Shown here: piece by piece, positions 19,938 through 28,987 of the stretch
How the letters are laid out: the number at the start of each line of letters is the position of its first letter
Numbering within the stretch: the stretch's first letter is position 1
Assembly (NCBI GenBank): GCA_963781885.1
Contig: CAWAHW010000003.1
Location: 128,001-192,000, forward strand
Direction of reading: 5' to 3'
DNA length: 64,000 nucleotides
Source: an uncultured Spirochaetota bacterium
GTDB taxonomy: Bacteria > Spirochaetota > Spirochaetia > SZUA-6 > Fen-1364
Program-made: the position numbers and the translations under genes
The notes under the pieces: model-generated
Databases searched by the model: none
What the model saw: the letters and a program-made list of their open reading frames with translations, nothing else
What the model was told of the DNA's origin: nothing

Positions 19938-20926
19938 GGAGCCGGTCCGTCCTGTTCCTGCTCGCGGCGGCGGTCCTTGCCGCCGCTTCGCTCACCATCC
20001 TGTACCACGGGGCTCGTCTTCTCAACCCCGTCTCCGCCGCGACACGACGTGTGATCGTCATCTTCAAGACCGTCGACTACCGCACCACGCCGTTCTGGGG
20101 CAACGTGCGGGATGGCGTGGTGTCCGCCGGCGAGGACCTGGGCATGACGGTGCAGATTCGGGGACCGACCCTCGAAACCGACATCGCGGGCCAGATCGAC
20201 ATCGTGCGCCAGGCCATTCGTGAAAAGCCCGACGCCATTGTCCTGGCCGCCGCGGACTACAACCTGCTCGTGCCGTTGGCGCGGGAGATCAAGCGCCAGG
20301 GCATCCCCCTTGTCTGCATAGACTCATTCATCAATTCCGATGATGCCGACACGCGGATCGGCACGGACAGCTACGAGGGCGGCCAGAAATGCGCGGCGGC
20401 CCTGATGCGCTATGTGAAGCCCGGCGACCTGGTCGCGGTCATGAGCTACGTGAAGGGCAGCTCGACGGCCATCGACCGCGAGTCCGGAACCCGTGACTAC
20501 CTGGACGGCAAGGTCAGGATCCTCGACACGCTGTACAGCAACGCGGATGCAAAGCTCGCCTATTCCCAGGCGGCCCGATTGATCGCCGATACTCCGCAGC
20601 TTCGCGGGATCGTCGCATTGAACGACCCCACCGCCAGCGGGGCGGCCCGCGCCCTGGATGAATCGGGCAAGGCAGGCTCCATCGCGCTCGTCGGCTTCGA
20701 CAATTCACTCCTGGTGCTGCGCGATGTGGAGAGGGGCATCATCCGCGACACCGTTGTGCAGAAGCCGTTCAACATGGGGTACCTCGGGATCACGACGGCG
20801 CGGGACCTCATCATGCGCCGCAAGCCCGCAAAGTTCATCAACACGGGCTCGGTCGACATCTCCCGGCTCAACATGTTCCAGCCGGAGAACCAGAAGCTGC
20901 TATTTCCCGTCACCGAAGGACAGTAG
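19934..20926 (+). CDS. Membrane-anchored RbsB-like binding protein co-encoded with the two-component system
   Basis: N-terminal TM, FWGNVRDG, VGFDNS, VQKPFNMGY; GTGA overlap with the kinase. Confidence 0.85.
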   Translation: MRSRSVLFLLAAAVLAAASLTILYHGARLLNPVSAATRRVIVIFKTVDYRTTPFWGNVRDGVVSAGEDLGMTVQIRGPTLETDIAGQIDIVRQAIREKPDAIVLAAADYNLLVPLAREIKRQGIPLVCIDSFINSDDADTRIGTDSYEGGQKCAAALMRYVKPGDLVAVMSYVKGSSTAIDRESGTRDYLDGKVRILDTLYSNADAKLAYSQAARLIADTPQLRGIVALNDPTASGAARALDESGKAGSIALVGFDNSLLVLRDVERGIIRDTVVQKPFNMGYLGITTARDLIMRRKPAKFINTGSVDISRLNMFQPENQKLLFPVTEGQ

Positions 20927-20983
20927 CCGCGGCCCCGGCCGCCCTGCCCGTGCGCAAAAACCCCGCCATGCTATACTCCCTCC

Positions 20984-22345
20984 ATGGGATTTACTTCACA
21001 ACGTGCCCGGACCGCCCGGACAAGGACTGCCGCCCGGCTCGCTCTGGCCTTCGGACTCTCCTGCTGCCTGGCGGCGTGTGGGGCCTGGAAGGGCCCATCT
21101 CCCGTTGCCAGCTCGCCCCGGAAGATCCAGGTGATGGCGTCAGACGGCTGGATCTACGATGTCATGGGGGAGAACGCGAAGCGGTTCGAGAAGGAGACCG
21201 GAATCAAGGTCTCATTCTCGATCTACGCGCCGCACGTGTACTTCCGTGCGCTCCAGACGATGCTCGCCTCCGGTGAGGCAGCCGACATTTTTCTCATGCA
21301 GTCCACGCGGTGGTACCTGGGCAGCGAGATCGATCCCGGGAAGTGGTGCATCGACCTGACGTCGGAGGAATGGACGAAACGCCTGAAGCCGGAATGGCTT
21401 CCTGCCGTCTCGTACAAGGGACGGGTCTACGGCCTCATCGTGTGGGACGACACCCTGGGATGGGTCTATACCTACAACGACAGGATCTTCCAGCGGCTGG
21501 GTCTCTCGGCGCCGCGGACATATGAGGAGTTCATGGCCGTCTGCGAGCGGATCAAGCGGGCGGGCATCGTTCCCATCTACGAACCCGGGGCCAGCCGATG
21601 GCACACGTCCCTTACCTTTTTCGAGATGGGCGCCACTTTCGAGGAGCGGGACCCCGGACTCTACGAGCGGCTCAACACGAACCGGTTGAAGTTCGCCGAC
21701 TACGCGCCGTTCCACCAGGCGCTCGGCCAGATTCTTTCCGCGGCCAATCGCGGCTTCTTCGGCAGCGACTTCATGGCGGACACGATCGAAGGGTCGAAGA
21801 CCGCTCTCCTCTCGGGCGCCGCCGCCATGACGCTGAACAAGATCGGGTTTGCCCGAAGCGTTCTGAAGACCAACCCCGACTCCGGTGCCCAGACTTGGGG
21901 GATGTTTCCCATCCCCTGGCTGGACAACAGCACGGTGAGCATCGAGCGCTCGGCGCCCACGTGGTTTGGGAACGCGAAAAGCCGGGACCGCGCGGCGGTT
22001 CTCGAGTTCTTCCGGTTCCTGACCCGTGATGACAATCTCTACCGGTACGCCAGCGAGCAACCGGAAGGCATCAGCCTGTCGTTCCCCACGCGTCCCGTGC
22101 CTCTCCTGCCGAACGAACAGGCGTTCGTTGGCGCGGCTCGGCTCGGCGGGGAGCCGTTCCAGGGCGGGGTCAAGTACATCATGACGCAGTGGATGGAAAT
22201 CGAGGCCGATTTCGAGTCGATGCTCGCCGGAGCGATGAGCCCCTCCGGTTTCCTGTCGGCCGTCGATGTGCGGAGGGCCAACATGGCAGCCGCAGCCCGG
22301 GATCCTGCGTGGCCGCCGCCTCTCACCGGCGCATCGAGTCCCTGA
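20984..22345 (+). CDS. Family 1 extracellular solute-binding lipoprotein without adjacent permeases
   Basis: Lipobox LAAC, FEKETGIKV, YNDRIF..LGLSAPRTYEEF. Confidence 0.8.
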   Translation: MGFTSQRARTARTRTAARLALAFGLSCCLAACGAWKGPSPVASSPRKIQVMASDGWIYDVMGENAKRFEKETGIKVSFSIYAPHVYFRALQTMLASGEAADIFLMQSTRWYLGSEIDPGKWCIDLTSEEWTKRLKPEWLPAVSYKGRVYGLIVWDDTLGWVYTYNDRIFQRLGLSAPRTYEEFMAVCERIKRAGIVPIYEPGASRWHTSLTFFEMGATFEERDPGLYERLNTNRLKFADYAPFHQALGQILSAANRGFFGSDFMADTIEGSKTALLSGAAAMTLNKIGFARSVLKTNPDSGAQTWGMFPIPWLDNSTVSIERSAPTWFGNAKSRDRAAVLEFFRFLTRDDNLYRYASEQPEGISLSFPTRPVPLLPNEQAFVGAARLGGEPFQGGVKYIMTQWMEIEADFESMLAGAMSPSGFLSAVDVRRANMAAAARDPAWPPPLTGASSP

Positions 22346-23087
22346 ATGCGGTGGGGTTCTGCCCGGTTTCCTTCTTGAACAGGCGGGAGAAATAAAGAGC
22401 GTCCTCGTATCCCACCGCCGCGGCGACCTGCTTGACCTCCATCAGCGGGTGCCCCACGAGCAGACGCTTCGCCTTCTCGATCCTCAGGCGGATCAGGTCC
22501 TGTGTCGGGGTGCATCCCTTGATTCGGCGGTAGAGCCGCAGCAGGTAGGCGGCCTTGCACCCGAACCCCGCGGCCAGCCGCTCCAGCGAATAGGGCAGGC
22601 GGTAGTTCTCCTTGAGATACAGCTCGACCGAGTCCGCCAGGTCCTGCTCCCGGGATCCGATTCGGTCCAGTCCGAACTCCGCGTCGACCGATCCCGCCGA
22701 AGCCTCCAGCCGGATGCGGATTTTGCGGAGGGTCTCCTGCAGCGCGGGGACCTCGACGGGCTTGAGGATGTAGTCGTCCACGCCGAGCTCGATGGCCCGA
22801 CGGGCATACTCGAACTCGCTGTACCCCGAGACGATCAGGATCCGGAGGTCCGGGTTGGTCCTTCGGATCCGCTCCACCAGCTCAAGCCCCCCAAGGACCG
22901 GCATCTTGATGTCGGTGATCAACAGGTCCGGAAGGTACCGCTCCACGAGCTCCACGGCTTCTTCCCCGTCCGCCGCGGTCCCGGCGCATTCGAGATTCGG
23001 GTCCAGCTCGGCGGTCTTGCGCGCCAGGTAGTCGCGCATCCGCTCCTCGTCCTCCGCGACGACGAACGTAAGCTTCCGGTCAGCCAC
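22323..23087 (-). CDS. Response regulator (REC + AraC)
   Basis: AEDE, TDIKMP, SGYSEFEYA, YILKP, GYEDALYFSRLFKK; GTG start overlaps the kinase stop. Confidence 0.9.
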   Translation of the reverse strand: MADRKLTFVVAEDEERMRDYLARKTAELDPNLECAGTAADGEEAVELVERYLPDLLITDIKMPVLGGLELVERIRRTNPDLRILIVSGYSEFEYARRAIELGVDDYILKPVEVPALQETLRKIRIRLEASAGSVDAEFGLDRIGSREQDLADSVELYLKENYRLPYSLERLAAGFGCKAAYLLRLYRRIKGCTPTQDLIRLRIEKAKRLLVGHPLMEVKQVAAAVGYEDALYFSRLFKKETGQNPTAFRDSMRR

Positions 23088-24900
23088 GGAGCCCGGCCCC
23101 CATCGCGATGCGCGCTCCTCCACCAGGACGGTTGCCGAGGCTGAAGGCGACCTCGCTTCCGTATGCGAGCCTCAGCCGCTCGTAAGAATTGATGATTCCC
23201 ATCCCTGAGATCGACATGCCGGAACGCCCGTTTCCACCGCCCGGGCGGGCGGCAATCCGCTGGGAAATCCTTTTCAGCGTCTCATCGGAGAACCCGGGTC
23301 CATTGTCGAGGATCTCCATCGACCACCGCCCGTCCACGCAGGCGCCGCGCAGCTCGATGCACCAGGGAGGCCGCACCGACGTCGCGTATTTGAAACAGTT
23401 CTCGATGAACGGCTGCAGGATCAGCCGGGGCACGACGATCTGCCCCATTTCAGGTGAGACGTCGATGCGGTATTGGAGGCTCCCGCCGAACCTCGCCCGC
23501 ATGGCAGCGAGATAGCTCTCCGCGTATCCTATCTCGGTTCCCAGGGTCGCCGTCGTTCCCTCGGTGGACGACACGTAGCGCAGCACCCTCGCCAGGTTGA
23601 GGATCAGCTCCTGGATGGCGGGTGACGAGCCCTCCTCCGCCATGATGCCGATGGTCTGCAGCATGTTGTGGATGAAGTGCGGGTTGATCTGCGCCTGCAG
23701 CGCGACCAGCTGGGCTTCTTTCTCGTGCGCGCGCAGGGACACGGCCTCCTGGAGCGATTCGTTGAGCTTCCGTCGCATGTCACGGAAGGCCAGCCGCAGC
23801 TCATCGATCTCCCCCAGGACCGTCATGTGCGTGCCCGCCCCGCTCTCTTCGAGGTTTCCCAGGTCGAGCGCCTCGATCTCTGCGTGGAGGGCCTTGAGAG
23901 GCACGGTGACCCGGCGGGCAATGAAGTATGAGGCCCCCAGGGAGCAGGCGATCGCGATCAGCGCGAGAAGGCCGATCCGCAAGGCGTATTGGAGCACGCT
24001 CGCCGCAAGACCGCCCGGGAGCGCACCGATCAGGAGCGTCCACCCGGTGTCCTGCGACGTGGCCACCGCGAAGATGCGAGGCTCATGCGTCCCGGGAAGG
24101 ACGCCGGTCACGATGGGTCGGCGTGAGGCCTGCGCGGCAAGCGCACGGAAGACGGCAGGGTCCGCGGCGGTCCCGTCGTATGGATACAACTGGTTCCAAT
24201 CCGCGTCGAAAAGGGCGAACGACCCCGATGTGCCGCTCAACAGATCCAGCTCTCCGAACAGCGTGTCGCAATACTGCTCCACCTCGATGATCCCCTGCGT
24301 CGACAGCATGGCGTCCTGGAAGCTTCTGATGAGCGATATGTAGCGCTTGTCCTTGACGATGACCGAGGTTTCCTCAAGAAGCGGATCCGCGTGGGGAGGG
24401 AGAATCAGCCGTTCCCCACCGGATCGGAGGACCCGCGCGTACCACGGCTCCCGGGATACGTCCCGCTCGATGAGGCGGCTGTAGTACCCCGCGCCGATCA
24501 TCTCTCCCCGCAGATCGTAGACGTTGGCCTGGGGTGCCGAGCGGTTCGGGCCCAGGATCGTCTCGCTGATCTCGATCAGCGATTCCGTGTTCTCCAGCTT
24601 CCCGATCCTCTGCTCCGGCGTGGCGGGGTTGCGTGGAAGGGCGAGGTGCCGGGCGAACAGACCCTGAAAGACCTGGGAGTAGACCATCGTCAGGCTCAGG
24701 CGGTCCATCTCGGTCACCTGGGCGTCGAGGTTTGTTATGACGGACCGGCAGAGCGTGTTTAGCGCGTCGGCGAACCTCTCCCGGGCGACGCCCGCCGCGT
24801 AGTCGTACACCACGAGAGAAAACCCGACGAGCACGCAGACGAGGACCAGCGAAACGGCGAGGAAGATGGATCTGCGGACCGTGCTGCGGCGGTGTTTCAC
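23080..24900 (-). CDS. YesM-like sensor histidine kinase
   Basis: LQAQINPHFIHNML, LQPFIENCFKY, DNGPG; two TM segments. Confidence 0.9.
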   Translation of the reverse strand: MKHRRSTVRRSIFLAVSLVLVCVLVGFSLVVYDYAAGVARERFADALNTLCRSVITNLDAQVTEMDRLSLTMVYSQVFQGLFARHLALPRNPATPEQRIGKLENTESLIEISETILGPNRSAPQANVYDLRGEMIGAGYYSRLIERDVSREPWYARVLRSGGERLILPPHADPLLEETSVIVKDKRYISLIRSFQDAMLSTQGIIEVEQYCDTLFGELDLLSGTSGSFALFDADWNQLYPYDGTAADPAVFRALAAQASRRPIVTGVLPGTHEPRIFAVATSQDTGWTLLIGALPGGLAASVLQYALRIGLLALIAIACSLGASYFIARRVTVPLKALHAEIEALDLGNLEESGAGTHMTVLGEIDELRLAFRDMRRKLNESLQEAVSLRAHEKEAQLVALQAQINPHFIHNMLQTIGIMAEEGSSPAIQELILNLARVLRYVSSTEGTTATLGTEIGYAESYLAAMRARFGGSLQYRIDVSPEMGQIVVPRLILQPFIENCFKYATSVRPPWCIELRGACVDGRWSMEILDNGPGFSDETLKRISQRIAARPGGGNGRSGMSISGMGIINSYERLRLAYGSEVAFSLGNRPGGGARIAMGAGLRG

Positions 24901-25013
24901 GGCCGCATGGTACCACGGAATTTATTCCATGTCCTTGCGCAATCCAGTCCATTTACGCCACCGGGAGGCTGCCAGATACTGCCGGGGACTCAATACGCTC
25001 GAAGGAGGTATTC

Positions 25014-26294
25014 ATGACCAAACGACTGATTCTCTGTCTCGCCCTTGTTGCACTTTGCGCAGCGTTCGGATTCGCGAACGGCACAAGCGAAGCCTCTTCC
25101 CAGGGACCGGTGACCCTTACTGTCTGGGACTTCAAGTACGGGCCCAGCGATGCCCAGAAGCCCATGCAGCAGATCGACGCCTTGTTCCAGCAGAAGTACC
25201 CCGGCGTCACGATCAACCACATCGCGCAGCCCGGCGAGCCCCAGTACTACCAGATCATCCAGGCGGCCGCCAGCGCCAACCAGGGACCGGACGTGGCCAT
25301 GTTCCACCCCGGAGCCCGTGAGTACGGGTTTGGCGACATTCTCATCGATCTGACCCCCTACATCCAGGACATCAAGAGCCAGTTCACGCCCGCGAGCATC
25401 GCCATGGTCTCCATGGACGGCAAGGTCGGCGCGCCGATCAAGGTCCTGCCCATGACCATGCAGGGCTTCGGCATCTACTACAATAAGGCCTACTTCAAGA
25501 AGGCGGGCCTGGATCCCGAGCAGGCTCCCAAGACCGCGGCGCAGTTCCTGGCGGCATGTGACAAGCTGCAGGCGGCCGGGATCGTTCCCATCGCGGTCGG
25601 CCAGACCTATTCGATCGACTTCCTCCTCCGCTGCCTCGTCGCGAACGCCTTCGGGCCGAACGTCGCGGGCCTCAAGGATGGATCCGTGACGTACTCGGAC
25701 CCGCTGTTCCGCGAGAGCGTCGAGTTCGTCAAGACGCTCGTGGACAAGGGGTACCTGGAAAAAGACGGCTTCTCCCGGCCCTACTTCATGGACGGGATCA
25801 ACAACTTCGCCGCGGGAAACGGTGGCATGTTCATCGGGCTTCTGTCTGACGTCGGCAACTGGAAGGCGTTCTGCGACAAGCTCGGGGCCGACAATGTCGG
25901 ATATTTCCCCACCATCAACTTCCCCGACGGCAAGTACAAGGACCAGCAGGTGGCCCAGGGCGCGGGCATCGGCTACGGCGTCATGACCTGGTCGAAGAAC
26001 CCGAAGGTGGGCGCCGCCTACGCGAAGTTCTACACAACCGGGGACGGGGCGCGCATCTACGCCAGCGCCACCGGGGCGCTGTCGCCCAATTCGGCCGTGC
26101 CCGCCTCGACCGACTATCCCCTTCTCACGACCATCCAGAAGTACCTCAAGGGAGGATTGGCTCTGGACTACCTCCCGATGTTCTACAACGGCTACGAGGA
26201 TGACGCGAACCGGCTGTGCGACCAGATGTTCGTCACCGGTCAGCTGACGACGGACCAGTTCATCACCGCGTACCAGAAGCTCATCACGAAATAG
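25014..26294 (+). CDS. CUT1 ABC transporter substrate-binding protein
   Basis: Signal ...GFANGTSEA, IYYNKAYFKKAGLDP; RBS GGAGG. Confidence 0.92.
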   Translation: MTKRLILCLALVALCAAFGFANGTSEASSQGPVTLTVWDFKYGPSDAQKPMQQIDALFQQKYPGVTINHIAQPGEPQYYQIIQAAASANQGPDVAMFHPGAREYGFGDILIDLTPYIQDIKSQFTPASIAMVSMDGKVGAPIKVLPMTMQGFGIYYNKAYFKKAGLDPEQAPKTAAQFLAACDKLQAAGIVPIAVGQTYSIDFLLRCLVANAFGPNVAGLKDGSVTYSDPLFRESVEFVKTLVDKGYLEKDGFSRPYFMDGINNFAAGNGGMFIGLLSDVGNWKAFCDKLGADNVGYFPTINFPDGKYKDQQVAQGAGIGYGVMTWSKNPKVGAAYAKFYTTGDGARIYASATGALSPNSAVPASTDYPLLTTIQKYLKGGLALDYLPMFYNGYEDDANRLCDQMFVTGQLTTDQFITAYQKLITK

Positions 26295-26307
26295 AGCTCC
26301 TTCATGA

Positions 26308-26332
26308 AGGACGGGGCGTTCTGCCCCGTCCT
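26308..26332 (+). terminator. Intra-operon stem-loop after the SBP gene
   Basis: AGGACGGGGC-GTTCT-GCCCCGTCCT, perfect 10-bp stem. Confidence 0.6.
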
Positions 26333-26357
26333 CTCTATTCCACTCTACGGAGCTGCC

Positions 26358-27233
26358 ATGCGTCATCGTAGTCTCGAAAGAGACGGAATCGCCCCTTACA
26401 TTTTCCTTTTGCCGCTGCTGGTGCTCCTTGCCGCTTTCATCCTCTATCCCGTCGTCATGAACCTGGTCGCGAGCTTCACCGAGTGGAAGGGCTACGGGCC
26501 CATGAAATGGACAGGCCTGTCCAACTACCGCACCATGCTCAAGGACCAGGCGTTCTGGACGTCCATCTGGAATACCGGCATCCTGGTCTGCTACATCCCG
26601 TTGAGCATGGTCGTGACCGTGTTCGTTGCCGCGCTCCTGCGCGAAGGCCTCCGAGGCTGGAAGGCGTACCGCGCCATCCTCTACATCCCCAACCTGCTGG
26701 GGCCGGTCATCATCGGCGTGGTCTTCTCCATCTACCTCCGGGATGACGGGTCGCTCAACCTCCTGATCAAGTGGGCCGGTGGGTCGACCGTGCGCTTTCT
26801 CACGTCCCCCTCCATCGCCATCAATTCGGTCGGCATGGTCCAGGTGGTCTGGGTGCATCTCGGGTTCGGTCTCATCTACTTCCTGGCCGCCATGAACGGC
26901 ATCGACCAGGGAGTCTACGAGGCGGCGCTCATCGATGGAGCGGGATTCTTCCGGACGCTGTGGAGCGTCACGATACCGAGCATACGCTTCGCGATTGAGT
27001 TCTGGGTGGTATTCAGCTTCATCGAGGTATTCGCCCGCATGTTCAGCTACATCTACACCCTCACCCGCGGCGGGCCCGGATTCGGCACGTTCACGCTGGA
27101 ATATGGCATTTTCGCCCAGGGATTCGAGAAGTTCCAGGCAGGGTACTCCAGCGCGTGGTCCGCGGTCCTGTTTATTTTCTGCGCCGCCATTTCGATCGCG
27201 CAAATACGCCTGATGCGAAAGAGAAGCCCATGA
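26358..27233 (+). CDS. CUT1 ABC permease (MalF-like)
   Basis: GLSNYRTML, YEAALIDGA (EAA motif), TRGGPG. Confidence 0.92.
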   Translation: MRHRSLERDGIAPYIFLLPLLVLLAAFILYPVVMNLVASFTEWKGYGPMKWTGLSNYRTMLKDQAFWTSIWNTGILVCYIPLSMVVTVFVAALLREGLRGWKAYRAILYIPNLLGPVIIGVVFSIYLRDDGSLNLLIKWAGGSTVRFLTSPSIAINSVGMVQVVWVHLGFGLIYFLAAMNGIDQGVYEAALIDGAGFFRTLWSVTIPSIRFAIEFWVVFSFIEVFARMFSYIYTLTRGGPGFGTFTLEYGIFAQGFEKFQAGYSSAWSAVLFIFCAAISIAQIRLMRKRSP

Positions 27234-28069
27234 AAAAGGCAACCGCGATCAATGCGAGCGCGCGGGTGCTCGTCCAGGTCTTCCTGCTTGTGCTCGTCAT
27301 CGGCTCGCTTCTTCCCCTCTACAACGTGATCGCCGCCAGCTTCAAAACCGGGGACGAGTACGTGGCGAACCCTTTCTTACCCGCGAAAGCGCCGACAGGC
27401 GACAACTACGTTTACGCCGCGCTCACGGCAAGGCTCCTGCACTACGCGGTCAACAGTCTCATCCTGGTGCCGCTGGGTCTCGTGCTCTACCTGGCAGTAT
27501 GCGTCTCCGCGGGCTATGCGTTCGGGAAGATGCGGTTCCGCCTGAGGCGGCCCCTGTTCTTGCTGGTGCTCTTCCTCACGATCTTCCCGCAGCTCCTGCT
27601 GGCAACCCAGGTCTTCAGGCTGATCTCCCTGCTGCACCTCACGAACACCGGCGCGGGCGTGATCCTCTCCTGGGTGGCATACTTCTCGCCTTTCGGGACC
27701 TACATCATGACCACCTACTTCACCGACATGCCCTACGAGCTCGTGGAGGCGGCGCGCATGGACGGCGCCTCCCATTCCCGAATCCTCGTGACCGTGATGA
27801 CGCCTCTGGCCATGCCCATGATCGCGACAATCGCCATCATCGGTTTCCAGTCCATGTGGAACGAGCTCCCGTTCTCCCTGCTCATTCTGCAAAACCAGGC
27901 TTCACGCACCCTCACGCTCGGCATTGCCATGATGAGGGGAGAGTACGGCATCGCGGTGCCCGCACTGAGCGCGGCCCTCGTCATTGCCATGGCAGTGCCT
28001 CTGCTCATGTTCCTTATCTTTCAGCGCCGCGTCACACTCGGTGCGACCGCCGGCGCCATCAAGGGGTGA
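27230..28069 (+). CDS. CUT1 ABC permease (MalG-like)
   Basis: EAARMDGAS, WNE, GAIKG C-terminus; ATGA overlap. Confidence 0.92.
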   Translation: MKKATAINASARVLVQVFLLVLVIGSLLPLYNVIAASFKTGDEYVANPFLPAKAPTGDNYVYAALTARLLHYAVNSLILVPLGLVLYLAVCVSAGYAFGKMRFRLRRPLFLLVLFLTIFPQLLLATQVFRLISLLHLTNTGAGVILSWVAYFSPFGTYIMTTYFTDMPYELVEAARMDGASHSRILVTVMTPLAMPMIATIAIIGFQSMWNELPFSLLILQNQASRTLTLGIAMMRGEYGIAVPALSAALVIAMAVPLLMFLIFQRRVTLGATAGAIKG

Positions 28070-28099
28070 GCACTCGTTGCCCTGCAAGAGGAGTCTCGC

Positions 28100-28984
28100 C
28101 TGAGCACATACGACATCACATTCGTCGGGCATCTCTGTCTTGACGAGATCACGCCGTACCACGGGAACACCGTCGTTGCTCCCGGCAGCGCGGTGCTCTG
28201 CGGCGCCGTTGCTGCCGCCCGCATCGGCCAGCGCGTGGCTGTCGTGACGAGAATGGCGCCCGCCGACGACGTGATCCTGCGGCCGCTTCTCGATCTGGGC
28301 GTGGAGACGTTCGTGATCCCCTCGCCGGAAACGTCCTACTCGGTGGTCATCCATCCGACTCCCAACGTGGACGAGCGCATCCTGAAGCTCGCGCGCAGCG
28401 CCGGGCCCTTTGCCGTCAGTGATGTTCCGGCGATCGCCACGCGCGACCTGCACCTGGCCGGGATCTCCGACCAGGAGTTCAGCCTGGATTTCATCCGCGG
28501 CTTGAAGGCTCAAGGCTACCGCCTGTCGGTCGACATGCAGAGCTTCGTTCGCCAGGTGGACCCCCATACCCGCACGATCGAGTTCCGCGACGTTCCCCTG
28601 AAAAAGGATATCGTTGCGCTGATGAGCAAGGTGAAGCTGGATGTCGTGGAGGCCAGGGTGCTCACCGGCACCGATGACCTCGAACAGGCGGCGCGCCAAA
28701 TCGAAGCCTGGGGCAGTCCGGAGACGGTCATCACGCATGCGGAAGGCGTGCTCGCCCGAGTGAATGGCCGGACCTACTATGAAAAGTTCTCGAACCACAG
28801 CACGGCGGGGCGGACGGGGCGGGGTGACACGACTTTCGCCGCCTATCTTGCCCGACGCGGAGATCACGACGTCGCGGAATCGCTGAAATTCGCGGCCGCG
28901 CTGGTCTCAATCAAGATGGAAACTCCGGGGCCTTTCCAGGGAACGCTGGCCGACGTTCTCACGCGCATGGAACAGGAGCATTGA
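28100..28984 (+). CDS. PfkB-family carbohydrate kinase (probable CTG start)
   Basis: YDITFVGHLCLD in frame upstream of the listed ORF; GRTGRGDT anion-hole motif; RBS GAGGAG at 28088. Confidence 0.8.
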   Translation: MSTYDITFVGHLCLDEITPYHGNTVVAPGSAVLCGAVAAARIGQRVAVVTRMAPADDVILRPLLDLGVETFVIPSPETSYSVVIHPTPNVDERILKLARSAGPFAVSDVPAIATRDLHLAGISDQEFSLDFIRGLKAQGYRLSVDMQSFVRQVDPHTRTIEFRDVPLKKDIVALMSKVKLDVVEARVLTGTDDLEQAARQIEAWGSPETVITHAEGVLARVNGRTYYEKFSNHSTAGRTGRGDTTFAAYLARRGDHDVAESLKFAAALVSIKMETPGPFQGTLADVLTRMEQEH

Positions 28985-28987
28985 CGT

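Noticed and set aside
24990-27242. 750-aa minus-strand ORF (also 12718-14325, 18426-19643, 55929-57485)
   Set aside because: Antisense shadows of high-GC real genes with no recognisable motifs
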